Shown in pieces: positions 1 through 11,092 of a stretch of DNA of 64,000 nt; the stretch's first letter is position 1, and the number at the start of each line of letters is the position of its first letter. Position numbers and translations under genes: made by a program. The DNA is from Nitrospirales bacterium (GTDB lineage Bacteria > Nitrospirota > Nitrospiria > Nitrospirales > UBA8639), in NCBI GenBank assembly GCA_965203295.1, contig CBDBCZ010000018.1, positions 352,001 through 416,000 of the forward strand, given 5' to 3'. The notes below the pieces were generated by a model that was not told the origin of the DNA, did no database searches, and saw only the letters and a program-made list of their open reading frames with translations.

Positions 1-2642
1 CCTGCCAAATGAGTTCTCGGAAGTCTCACGTAGAGTTGGTACGCCTGACTCCTCCAGCGACCGAGAGTCTTGATTAGGTCCACCGGAACCCCACAAGCCG
101 CTGCCGTGGTGGCCGCCCCTATCCTAAAGCTGTGGCCAGCAAACTCCTCCGGCTTCAGGCCCGCTTTGGCCAAGGCTTCCCTGATGGCTGTCACCAGGCG
201 GGGGCGGGTCAGAGCCCTGCCATCCCCAAAGCGAAATAATGGACCTTCTCCTGGGCCTCGCAAGGCCAGATAGGCCAGCACTGCCGCCACTGGACACAAA
301 TGGGTGTCCGTCCTGCCCAGGAATACGGTGACCCCTTGCCTAAACGGATCCGTTTTGGATTGTTTTATACGGACTGCGACGGTTTTCGGGTTTGTGGGAT
401 CATCTACTGCCAGATCGGCGAAAGAGAGATGCTGGCCTGGATTGAAGTCTTCCTTGTCCGGCGCGGTCAGTTCCCCTGACCTGAGGAATCCAAAAAAACC
501 GAGGCAACAGGCTGCCCACAGCATGATGTGATCCCAGCCAGAAGCCTGTTGCTCCCAGACTGTGCGCATCCTCAGCAAGATCGCCGGTGTGATGGGAAGA
601 CGGGTGCGCTTTGACAGGCCGGCTTGCTCCTTCTTTGTGCCTCGCAGCGCTAACTCAAGCTGCGGCATATTCCCCACCTTCGGGTCACCCCCTCCCACCG
701 ATACCTGCAAGTGTCGGACGGCTGAAATGTACGACTTGATCGTCTGGTGCTTCAGACCCTGGTTGACAGCAAACGGCACGAAATTCACCAGGCCCACCTC
801 CGACACTGGCAGTGGGGGTACCCCTGTCTGCTGGCAGAAGGCCAGATACTTCTTCTTGCCCGCCATGTAGGTCCGCTGGGTCGACGGGGCTAAGCCTGCC
901 TGAAGCAGGCGCTGAACAGTCGGGACCAACGGGGCGAGGTCCAGTCCGGTTGTTCCCCCGCCACCAGGTTCACCAGTTGGGGGGGAATAGGTGTGGGTAC
1001 CTGGGCTTGCCTCCGGAGCCACCTGCAGGAAGCGAGGGAGGTCGTTACGTGACAGGGCGTCAGCGGCCACATTGCTGACCCCTGGAATGTGGGTTGCTCT
1101 AATCTGCACCTGGAAGTGTGCGGCCAAGAAAAATAGGCAGCAAAGCAAATGCATGAGCGCACGGTCGCGGGAACGACCTGCGTTCACCGCCACCACCGCC
1201 ATATTATCGCAGCGGCACTCGACTAGCTGTCTTCCCCAATGCGGCCCCCACACTGCCACTGCGAATAGGATAGGTAGGAGTTCCTTCGGGGAAATTAGCC
1301 ATTCCGTGGTTGGCCCCTCCCACTTCCACTGGAACCACTGTGACTCCCAGCGTGCCCCACAGCCCCAAGAACCGGATGCATCTGTTTCCAACGCTAGGAT
1401 GGGTAGTGACGCCCTGGGCATCATGGAAATTCCGTTCCACCCTTGCATGAATTGCAGCCACCACCTCAGGTCTGACCGAGACGACGCGCTCAGGCGAATC
1501 CAGCGGTCCCGCGACTGAGTCGTAGACAATAGCTCTATGAGGCGCCGGACAAACGTCCGGCCTGGACGAACCACCGTGGCTGCATGTTGGAGGTGCCCCA
1601 CGAGCGACTCCAGCTCTCTTTTTTTGCATGCCTTCTTGCTCGCCCATTCCTGTACCATGGCCAGCGTGCGGCGCAGCTTCTCCTGTGGTAAGCGCACCAC
1701 CATCAGGTGAGTATCAAGCTCGAAGCCAAGGAATGTCAGGGCCACTGTTGGGCCTGCACATTTGCTCCGGGCTACTGGGACCCCCAGTCGATGGCATAAG
1801 GACAGCATCTTCTGCATGTTCGCATGGCATTCCTGGCTGACTGGGGCTCCCATTGTAATGTAGTCATCCAGATAGTGACCCACCCAGGTCACCCCATTCT
1901 TGCGAAGGGACCACTGCAGCGCATCCGCCACGGCCGAGAAGATTTTTGGGGCCGATCTCAGGCCAAACGGGAGTCTGGTATCGAAGAAGATTCCCCCTTT
2001 CCATTGCATTCCCAGCAGCGATCGGTCCTGTGGGTGTACTGGTATTATTCGGTAGGCACTCTCGATGTCCATTTTCGCCAGCAGCGTCCCCCGGCCGGTC
2101 GTAGCTATCTGTCGGATCACCTCGTCTAGCCGCAGGTATTGGAGGGAGCATAGCTCTGGCTCAATTCCCCCGTTCACACTTTTCCCCTCGGGGCTAGACA
2201 GGTCTACGATAAGCCTCCACTTCCCTGGTTGGCTGGACTTAGGGATTACACCCAACGGACTCAGTTGTGTGCCTGCCGGGACGGCTCGGGGGCTGACTGG
2301 ACCCACGACCCGACCCAGGGCCACCTCCTTGTCTATATACTCTTGCACCACGCTCGCGTTCTCCATTGCTGAGTGCATGTTGGATGCTGCTGGTTTACAG
2401 ACCGATCTCGCGTAGTTAAACCCAATGCGAAACCCAAAAGTGATACCCCCCAGAATGTAGTCTCGAAAGGCACTGTCGGGGTGGTCTGCTAGTTCCTTGG
2501 CCCACTCCTGCCCCACCAGCGGAGATGACACTGTTTGGAGCCACCTTGGGATTGGTGCCCTGTTGATCCTCTCCTCAAACTCCAGCAGGTGGTGTGTGTA
2601 TGGGTACTGGGGGCCGCCTGCAAAATAGACCAGATTCCGTGG
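1..2642 (-). CDS. Reverse transcriptase + RNase H + tyrosine recombinase in one open frame (partial, runs off window)
   Basis: Hand translation. RT: GKWRLIVDLS, KMDIESAYR, LPFGLRSAP, GHYLDDY (~1860-1880). RH end: HIPGVSNVAADALSR. YR: FFGFLRSGE, IKQSKTDPFRQG, GHSFRIGAAT, LGRWRSQAYQLY. The YLDD and ADALSR codons share a frame, the upstream stop is TGA at 2643-2645, and the ORF track shows no ORF closing in this frame. Confidence 0.85.
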
Positions 2643-2762
2643 TCAGAGAGGGGGTCCCCCTGATCCTACTTCCCTGGACCCCTCCCCCTCCAGGCCAGCC
2701 TACCTCAACCCTGCCCTGCCCCCCCCCCCCCCCCTGCACCGTCCGCTACCCTATTACTGTCC

Positions 2763-2875
2763 CATGGAGGGCCCTGCCGTCACTGGACGGCCCTGCCCCC
2801 TCCCCTGGAGGGCCCTGCCGTCACTGGAGGGCCCTGCCGTCACTGGACGGCCCTGCCCCTTCCCCTGGAGGGTGC
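2763..2875. repeat. Short GC-rich tandem repeat between gag and pol
   Basis: Reiterated tggagggccctgccgtcactgga(c/g)ggccctgcccc units. Confidence 0.7.
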
Positions 2876-3244
2876 CCGTGACCCACCCCGTTCCGTGGTG
2901 GACCATTCTGATCCCTTGGTTAGCGTTCACGGCCAGACTACATGCATCATACTGTGAAGACTGGTAGTATAGTTGCCATGGCTTCTGTTTATTTGGTTAT
3001 GGTATGCGTTTAAGGGGGGGGCCGCTCCGGCTGGTCCCTTTGTTCTGTAAGTTAGCTATTGATAGATAGGTTAGCTTGGGATATTCTAAGTGAGTTGTAC
3101 TATGGAGAATTAAGTTCATTTGCGGTCGCTACAATACATCCACAGAAAATACACAGACCACCAGCCTCGCTAGTCCCTATCGTTCTGGTGACCATGGGCA
3201 ACCCAATGACGCGTGTCCTACTACTGTTCATGGGGGTAGGCCCT

Positions 3245-4543
3245 TCACGACATGTGGGCACTTGGTGGCCTTGGTGGGAGACGGCAAACTTGCGCCCCGT
3301 GATCGTCCTCCACCCCACAGTTTGAGCAGCGGTGTATAAACCTGCACTCCTCCCCATACGGGCAGCCAGCTGGGGTCCTGTTGAACCATTTGCATGCTCC
3401 TCCTTTCTTGGGCCGCTTGCCAGGAAGCCCGCCGCTAGCCGGGGCTTTCCCTGCTGTGCTTTCCAGTGGCCGCTTGCCTTTGCCTGGTCCCCCCGGCTGC
3501 GACTGTTCCTTCCGCTGGGATGGGGCCATGAGTGACAGCGGGGACTGGCGGGACTCCTGCTGCTGTGCGGTGGCCTGGTCTGCCAGGTCGAATGGATCAA
3601 GGGCTGAACTTGGACCCGGTAGACATGACACGTATTGCCAAAGGTCGCCTTCCTTCCACACCCGGTCTTCCGTGGTCGCCTGCTCCATCCGGAATTGGAT
3701 GTCATACTCCCGCCACGCGGTACTTTGCGGGGCCTTCTGATGGAGCTTGAGCACGGTGTGGAAGTGAGCCACCATGCTCGGAATCATGTCTGCGTGGCGT
3801 TTTGCCATCACGGGGATGTATAATGTAAAACACCTGGACCACGTGACCACATCCAGCACCCGCCTCTGAGATTTCTGCTGCAGCTGGGAGGCTTGGAACT
3901 GGTTGAGAGCTCCCACTAGGCTCTCCTGCAATGACGGGGATGGCTTCTCTTGCTTGGCCAGGCGCAAGGAGCGAGGGGTCGGGAGGAATTCCTCCATGTC
4001 CACGTAGTCCAACTTCCATACTTTATCCGCCAGTTTGGTCGGGATGGTTGGAAGGCCCTTCGCGACCAGATAGCGGATCGGCCTCGTGTCGGCCTTGTCT
4101 TTGGCCTCCCAGCTCTGCGGGATGGTCGTTAGAAGCGGGATGATGGCGGCAAAGGGGTTGAGTGCTGCCGCCGTCTCTTGCTGTCGTTGTTCCCCCCCCT
4201 CCGTCCGGAGCGAGGGCAGCCCCAGGCCGCTTAGCACCTCCGTTGGCAGCATTTTTCCCATACGTAACAGCGCCTGCGATAGGGGGGGAGGGTTGCTAGG
4301 GGAGTCCGCCTCTATCCCGGGTAGCCTGTTGTCGCCCCTTTGGTTACTGCCTGCTCCTGGAGGTACCCCACCTCCCCGCTCGGCTCCGCTGTCTAACTCC
4401 CCCCTGGGGCTGACCTGACGCCCTGGCCCTGTACGACTTTCGGCCCCCTGCGTCCCTCCCCGGCCATCCAGCGAGGCTAACCCGGGCCGTACTTTTGCCT
4501 TGTGGGTTGCTGCCCTTCCCCTGGGGCCGCTCTTAGTCCCCAC
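3245..4543 (-). CDS. Gag-like ORF1 of the Ngaro element with a C-terminal CCCH/CCHC zinc finger
   Basis: 432-aa ORF with LADKVWKLDYVDMEEFLP, WREYDIQFR and CKWFN..CPYGEECRFIHRCSNC..HGAQVC, upstream of RT. The true start may be the ATG at 4755, reached by splicing or frameshift. Confidence 0.8.
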   Translation of the reverse strand: MGTKSGPRGRAATHKAKVRPGLASLDGRGGTQGAESRTGPGRQVSPRGELDSGAERGGGVPPGAGSNQRGDNRLPGIEADSPSNPPPLSQALLRMGKMLPTEVLSGLGLPSLRTEGGEQRQQETAAALNPFAAIIPLLTTIPQSWEAKDKADTRPIRYLVAKGLPTIPTKLADKVWKLDYVDMEEFLPTPRSLRLAKQEKPSPSLQESLVGALNQFQASQLQQKSQRRVLDVVTWSRCFTLYIPVMAKRHADMIPSMVAHFHTVLKLHQKAPQSTAWREYDIQFRMEQATTEDRVWKEGDLWQYVSCLPGPSSALDPFDLADQATAQQQESRQSPLSLMAPSQRKEQSQPGGPGKGKRPLESTAGKAPASGGLPGKRPKKGGACKWFNRTPAGCPYGEECRFIHRCSNCGVEDDHGAQVCRLPPRPPSAHMS

Positions 4544-4977
4544 CCGGCCTCCCGCTCTCCTATCCCCAACTCACCGGGCGTCTCCCCGCTGGTGCTCACG
4601 CTCCCGGGAGCCTCGCCGCCGCCGCCGCCGTTGGCCTGGACTTGGCCACGAGCCCGGGCCTCAAGAGCCTTGTCTATCATGCCGGTGAGGGCCTGCAGTT
4701 GGGCCTCCGAGAAACCGGCCTCGGCGTCGACTGTGTCGCCTTCGGGGCTTGCCATCGCACGAGAGAGATACGATAAATAGTGACTACAAGAAAGTTCGAC
4801 GGAGGGATGAGGGTGGTAAGTTGCGAGACGCTTTAACTGGACAATATACTTGGCACGAGGCACGAGGCTATTACTTGAACTGCGCATGCGCACCTCACCC
4901 TGCATGCGCCCCACCCCTGTAGCCACGCCTCTTCCTTGTCTCGCATGTTAACCTGCTTTAACTCCATTAAACCCTAT

Positions 4978-5129
4978 CGATAACTCAACAGTAATAGAAT
5001 AGACTCTACAAGATACAACTGAACAGTACAGCAATAGTACAAGTATTTATACACAGGAAATGCAGCATACTATAAATAGAGTAAACGTCATACTATATAG
5101 TAGATCTAACTATAGGCAGTTACCCCACA
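4978..5129 (-). repeat. Gypsy 3' LTR (truncated by the Ngaro insertion) with adjacent PPT
   Basis: Nearly identical to the complete TG..CA LTR at 49417-49580. Followed by tctccccctt, which is a polypurine tract on the minus strand. Confidence 0.75.
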
Positions 5130-5138
5130 TCTCCCCCT

Positions 5139-5400
5139 TTAGGCCAGTCGCACTGGAGGGGTGATTGGCGTTCCAGTTTGGGATCTTGTCATGATCCTGC
5201 GAGTTAGTTCGAGCTTGGGTGCATGCGGTGAATCATGCCAGTCATTCGAACGATCGGACGTATCGGGCACAACAGTCAGGTGGGAGTGGTTTCGACGCAC
5301 CTGCCCGGTTGGAGTGTCGAACACATAGGACCTAGGGTCGGCTGCTAAGGAAACAACTCTTCCCCGAACTGGGTCCCCTTCAGAGTTGATCCAGACCTCT
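5139..5400 (-). pseudogene. Gypsy integrase C-terminal (GPY/F-like) fragment
   Basis: PRSYVFDTPTGQVRRNHSHL...TRSQTG..PPVRLA*, ending directly before the PPT/LTR. Second copy at 49590-49850. Confidence 0.7.
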
Positions 5401-5689
5401 AAATATAAATTACAAAGAGATGGAGGAAGTAGAATCATTTAACACTTTGCATGCCTAGAAATCATATACAAAAACAAGAAAGTGTATTTAGAGTGGCTAG
5501 GTCTTAGCTCAGAAAAAGAAGAAAATGTGGGGTGGAAAACCCCGGAAACGAACCTGGGCCACGCACTCAGGAGGACCGGCGCTTTGCGAAACGATCCAAG
5601 AGGCGTGGAATCAGGTAGTTGTACTACAAAATGTTAGCTTATATAGCGATAACGCATAAATGCGTTGTAGGCATGCAAAGTGTTAAGTA

Positions 5690-6810
5690 CTTGCAGCTGG
5701 GGGTGTGGTTTGACCGATGGATGAGAGGAAACGTGATGGTCGAGAAAGCAGAGGAATGGGTAGGTAAAGTAGAATGGATGGCTAGGGTAAATGGAGATAT
5801 GGAAGTCGAGCGTAGAAGGATGGCATGGGAATTGATGGCAAGGCCATGTTTGGAGCACGCAGCAGAAGTATGGTGGCCAGGAGGGAAAGTGGTGGGTAGA
5901 AAATTGGAAGCAGTGCATGCAAGACAGAATAGGTAGGAAGTTGCTGAGGGCAAGCAATACAGTGGCAGGGTTGCGGTGCGAGGTGATCTTGGATGGAGAA
6001 GGTTGGAAGAGAGGAGGGAAGAGAAGAAGGTTCTGTTTGGTAGGGGGAACTAGGTGAAGAGAGACTGGTAAAGTGGATTGTAGAAAAATTGCAAGAAGCT
6101 GGTGGAGTGGGGTGAGAGAGGAGTATGAAGTGCTGACTAGGAAGTATGGGCTGGAACAGGAAGATGAAGGGCAAGCAGGGTCTGCTGCAGAGTGGAAGAG
6201 GAGAGTGAGAGAGCTAAACGGGAATGAATGGAAGGAAGAAGTAGAGCCAATGAGCAGCTTGAGATGGTATAGAGTAGTGCAGGATACTTTTGGTGTGGAG
6301 GAGAACATTGCATCATGGGTAGGGCATGCGGCGGTTAGGTTGAGGTTTCGGTTGAGTACTGGTTCTGCGGGGTTGTTTGAGGATAAATGGAGGTGTCGGA
6401 TGTGCGTAGATGGGAGGTGAGTGTTGTGTAATAGGGGTGACGTAGAGGATGTAGGGGATTTTGTATTGAATTGTGGAGAATTTACTGCAGAGAGGAGAAA
6501 GTTGGTTAGGAAGATTAGGAGTTTAGTAGGGGCAGAAAGATGGGGTGAGGAATATGACAGAGATGTAGAAGAGAAGAAGGCGTTGTTGTTAGGAAAGAGG
6601 GTGGAAGGGGTGGAGAGGGATGTGATGGATGTAGTAGACGAGTGGTTGTTAAAGGAGTTGCTAGTGTGGTGGAGAAGGAGGAAAGATTTGTTGGGGTGGA
6701 CTTAGGTAGCTAAACCCTGCTCCAAGTACCTGGAACCCAGCGCTCCCATACCCCCACCTCCTATGATCACAACAGTTATTGCTATTGTAGTTATAAATGT
6801 TGTTATTATT
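5690..6810 (+). pseudogene. Non-LTR retrotransposon ORF2 3' fragment (post-RT region, CCHC-like finger, simple-repeat tail)
   Basis: Broken frames encode RPCLEHAAEVW, RGDLGWRRLEERR, RFRLSTGSAGL and C..LCNRGDVEDVG(H/D)FVLNC. The segment is purine-rich and ends in a (tat/tgt)-rich tail. Confidence 0.7.
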
Positions 6811-8385
6811 CTGTGTATCTTGTATGTGATGGCCCAGTAGGGCTCAGACATGAAAGAATTAAAGATATCCCACCGATAGTAATTATGCTTCAACGGTTCG
6901 TACAGTCCTTTCATGGTTTTGACACAGAGCATCATTCGTACAACGCCTGTGATACCACGTGCTTTTGAAGATGAACATGCATGTACACGCCCAGTTTGAC
7001 AGTCAGACGGAGTCAATTTATCGCCCCTAAGGTGGTATGAACATCATCCTGCTATCATTTCATACCACCAGTATGAAGGTCAGTTCAGGTGATATCACAC
7101 CCAGTAGGTATGAAATTTACACCACAGTTTTCGCAGTGTGGGGCTGGGCACGAGACTAATGTAATATAGGCCCTCGCCATAATAGCAAGGTGGAGTCATC
7201 TGTCGGCACCATACCACACAGGACTTCCGATTCACTAGTTGTGACTACAGAATGTTATGAGAGTGACCCCCCCCAATCATGCTACTGTATTTCAGCAGTC
7301 CACCTTAAAAAAAGCTGTTATTTAAAATAAGTGAATTGCAGACATGTGTAGATGGGTACAGCTACTTACACGACATTACATTACATTTATGTGTCTTGTG
7401 CGTGTTGAACTTGTCCTTTCTAAACTCTATTTCTCTCTCCTTCTCTTGCTTGCGCTGGTAGGCAAGTATCTTGACATGCTGCATTTTGGTAAAATTCAGG
7501 ACAGCGTAGGAAGTCTGTTCAGTTGATGGAGGGAGGTATTCATTGGGTTCTTTTTAAAACACCACCTCGTGGTAGGGGAATTTTCGTGACTCTTGTCACA
7601 GAAGGGTGGCTCTCTGGATTTGGAGTGGGGGAGCCCTCTCCTGCAGTGGCCGCTGTCCTACAGCTGAGACATCCATCACCAGGTGTCTGTCCATGTTCTC
7701 CTAATTGGGCTGATGGAGGTCGGTTGAGGGGGAGGAATCCCACCAGGGGTAAGAGGCACAGACGTCTGCTCTGACCTTTGACTGCCATTCAAGCTCTTCA
7801 CCTACCTTTTGCATAGCCACACAACCCACGACCATATGTGCGGGTGGGTTTAGCGGACAGGGGAGTTGGTATACTCCAAGTTGAATACCATATAGGAAGC
7901 AAGTAGAAGTACCCCCTGCACAGACAGAGATAAATCAAGATCTCACTACAAAATAGTTAGGTATAGTCTTTTCTTTAATACAGTGGAACCCCTCTATTGT
8001 TGCACAGGTACTAAATTTGCTATTGTACACAGAGACAGAAACTTAGTATGCAGTCAATACACTGTAGCCAAATGATGACAACTTACCAATTGAACTTCAT
8101 GCATATCCCAGTGGCATAGCGCAGCTGAGCAGAGAAGTTAAACTAGTGGACCGGAAGTGACATCAGCCTAGCAACCTGTGCCTGCAGGCCTGGTAAGAGA
8201 TAAAGTTAAAGAAATCTAACCTTGTTACCACCTCCCTCACAGATGTGACAGTAGTTTCGACAGTAAGCCCAGGACCAAGTAAATCCATTTTTTGTACCTG
8301 TCACTCCCAGCCTTAGGCCCACCCTTACCAGCTGTACAGGCTCATTACTGAACTTTATGAAAAAAACAAGTTTGCATACAAATGA

Positions 8386-8760
8386 TTGATTGAGCAATTG
8401 ATTCTGTCTGTCCGTTCGTTCGTTCGTCCGTCTGTCCGGTGTCTGTCCACTCAAAAATCGGGCTATCTCGCAATTTACAGGGTTAAACGATTGCTAAACA
8501 CGACAGTAACATTGAAATCAAAAAAAAAGTCCGGGTGTATACCTGATAGTCGCCAAAGCGGTTCCATTCGCTGTATCTACAGCTCTTTCTTATTTAACAA
8601 CGGTGCATTCTGCCATTTTAATACGGTCACAACTAGAATACGATAAGAGGCCGGGCATATACGGACTCTGGTCACGTGTTCATATTGGCAATCAGTCACG
8701 CCCACCACTTCCCATAGGATGTATAGATATATACGCATACACGAGCGCTGTACACTCTAC
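8386..8760 (+). mobile_element. Truncated HINE/DINE-like (Helentron-associated) element
   Basis: Matches the internal part of the complete copy at 52835-53377 and contains the (gtcc/gttc) microsatellite. Confidence 0.6.
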
Positions 8761-11092
8761 GAGAGTGAGACGGCTAGGTAAATAATATTACAGAGCATAA
8801 GCATAAGACTTAGTGAACCAACTACTGTAATGCTATTTCATATGCACATGTGCAGGGCCACCAAAGAAACGAATCCACTGATACCAGCGGACACCAGGTA
8901 TGCAGCTCACAAGAAGACTAATCAATCTGCATGGGCATGCGTCCCTATCACTAGACACACAATGACATCACATAGCTATACTGAATGCACACAAAATCTA
9001 CGTAAACACATGCACATACACATACACATGCACATGCACACACACACGTGCATACACACATGCACGCATGCACACTCACACGCACCAAACACATGCATAT
9101 TATTTTTAGCATTTATTCTCTGGAATGGTCCACACACCTGAGCTTGGTATCAGTACGTCCGTTCACCAGGCATGTCGGCCCAACAGTCCTGATCCCTCGT
9201 AGTCCCCTGCAGATTTTTCTGCTGATTTTCACCACCACCATTCTCCAATGGATTGTGGATCAAACAAACCTGTTTGCATCTCAGTGCCTGGGGGAGAGAT
9301 TCGAAACCTGGCAACAGGTTACTATTGACGAATTGAAGGCCTACATGGGGTTCATGATCCTAATGGGTCTGGTCAAGTTACCGTCAATCCCTGACTACTG
9401 GAAAAGAGATGAGGTATTCAACTACGGACCAATTTCAAGCAGAATTACCCGAGATAGATTCTATGAAATCACGAAGTTTTTACACTTCTCTGACAACTCG
9501 GCACTGGCTGCTCCAGTTGAGGATGGCTATGGCAGGCTTGGTAAGATAAGGCCGGTAATTAGGATGGTCAATGAAAGTCTCCAGGCCCTCTACAACACGC
9601 ACAAGGATGTCAGCATAGATGAGGCAATGATACCGTTCAAAGGACGGTCATCACTGAAACAGTTTATGCCGAACAAACCTGTAAAAAGGGAATTTAAAGT
9701 ATGGGCAAGGGCAGATGCTACAAATGGATACATCTCGGAGTTTTACATCTACACAGGGAAGCAAGGCAGTGCTGTTGAAAAATCTCTAGGTGGAAAAGTG
9801 GTCATGATCATGCGAAATTGACTCACCTCTATCACCATGTGTATTTCGACAATTATTTTACAAGTATGTCACTCCTAGTAGACCTCCTCAAGTTGGGTGT
9901 GTACGGCTGCGGCACAATGCGTGTCAACAGAAAAGGCAGTCCTGATGGGCTCCAAGCAGTGGCGAAGAAGGGCTTCACGGAAAGGGGGCAGTCGAAGACT
10001 TGGCAGAGTGGAAACTTTACTGTGAGTGTATGGCAGGACAGCAAGCCCGTCCTTGTGGCAGCATCAAACAGTGATCCCCTCGCAAATATGTCTGTCACAA
10101 GGAAGCAGAAAGATGGCACACGAATAACTGTTGCTGCACCAATGTCGGTTGTTGAGTATAATAAGTATATGGGAGGGGTCGATAAGAATGACCAATTGCG
10201 AGGCTACTATCATGTTCGACTTAAGTCTAGAAAATACTATAAATACATTTTCTGGTTCATGTTTGAGGTGGCAATAACGAACGCACTGATCTTGTGCATC
10301 AATCACACTGACCTTGGTATCAAGGAAGGCAAGAAATTCCGAGTACTGCTTGCCAAATCACTCATCAGTGACTACTGTAGCCGTAAGCGGTCCAGTCGTC
10401 CCATCACCCGACCTACATCAAAGAGGTTCTGCCCAGATCACTTCCCTACACGTGGGTCGGATAAGAACCACTGCTGTCACTACTGTCAGGTATACAAGAA
10501 GGAGCGACATGAAACGAAGTGGTATTGCAGGGATTGCGGCCATTACTTCTGCCATAATGGGTTTAGAAGACGACTGCTTCTACATGTACCACACCAAATA
10601 TGCATCAAACTTTAGCTAGACTTATTATAGCCTTGCATCTTGCACTCAATCCTAACCTAACCGTAACCTAAAAACATGCTGTTACATTGTAAAGTTCATT
10701 GAAAGTTGAGCTAACATTTTACTCGAAAACAAGGACAGTAAGTCAACTGTACGGCACTAGTATAATAGTAAGATACACCGTATGGAACTATTTAGGCAGA
10801 AGCGCTCATTATGGCGCTGTATTAGCTTTTACTACAATGCCAACTTGTACGCTTACCTTATTCCCGCGTTTCTGCCTCAATGTGGGGCCACTTGATCATC
10901 AGAGGTCGTCTTTAGTGAAACCCTGGCATGCTTGAAACTCTCTCCAGCGACAGATTCGATCACAGTGCCATCAAAGCGTTCAAAACTTGCAAAAAACGGC
11001 ATGGTCTCGAACACACTCACGTGCGCGTCATACGCTTGAAAATTTAATCGTAATCACGGGATTTCCCCTCAACGATTGTCGGGTATAAAGGG
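8761..11092 (+). mobile_element. 5'-truncated piggyBac transposon
   Basis: The right end is ...gtcgggtataaaggg followed by TTAA (11093-11096). No left TIR is visible; the left junction abuts a truncated HINE. Confidence 0.75.
9110..10615 (+). pseudogene. piggyBac transposase (DDD) with one frameshift at ~9818 and a C-terminal Cys-rich domain
   Basis: SIDEAMIPFKGR, VYFDNYFTS, YNKYMGGVDKND and CHYC..TKWYCRDC..FCH, split across ORFs 9048-9821 and 9818-10615. The ORF-track start lies in a CA-repeat that is probably intron (candidate acceptor tttttag at ~9109). Confidence 0.9.

Larger units (their letters stand above)
1..4977 (-). mobile_element. Ngaro/DIRS-type tyrosine-recombinase retrotransposon (3' end outside window), inserted into a Gypsy LTR
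   Basis: Minus-strand order is gag (CCCH finger), RT, RNase H, YR, with no methyltransferase between RH and YR (Ngaro-like). The right boundary comes from the duplicate locus: 49417ff reads tgtggtattact|cgataactcaac, whereas here the element abuts tcgataactcaac at ~4977. Confidence 0.9.

Noticed and set aside
70..2415. Plus-strand ORFs over the Ngaro element
   Set aside because: These are antisense shadows of the GC-rich RT/RH/YR frame on the minus strand.
5634..6308. 224-aa minus-strand ORF (also 50081-50755)
   Set aside because: An S/P/L/F-rich antisense reading of the purine-rich LINE fragment. Its conservation reflects only the recent duplication.
7340..8380. Possible minus-strand exons of a host or second transposon gene
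   Set aside because: Splice-like motifs exist, but I could not recognise any protein motif, so there is not enough support.
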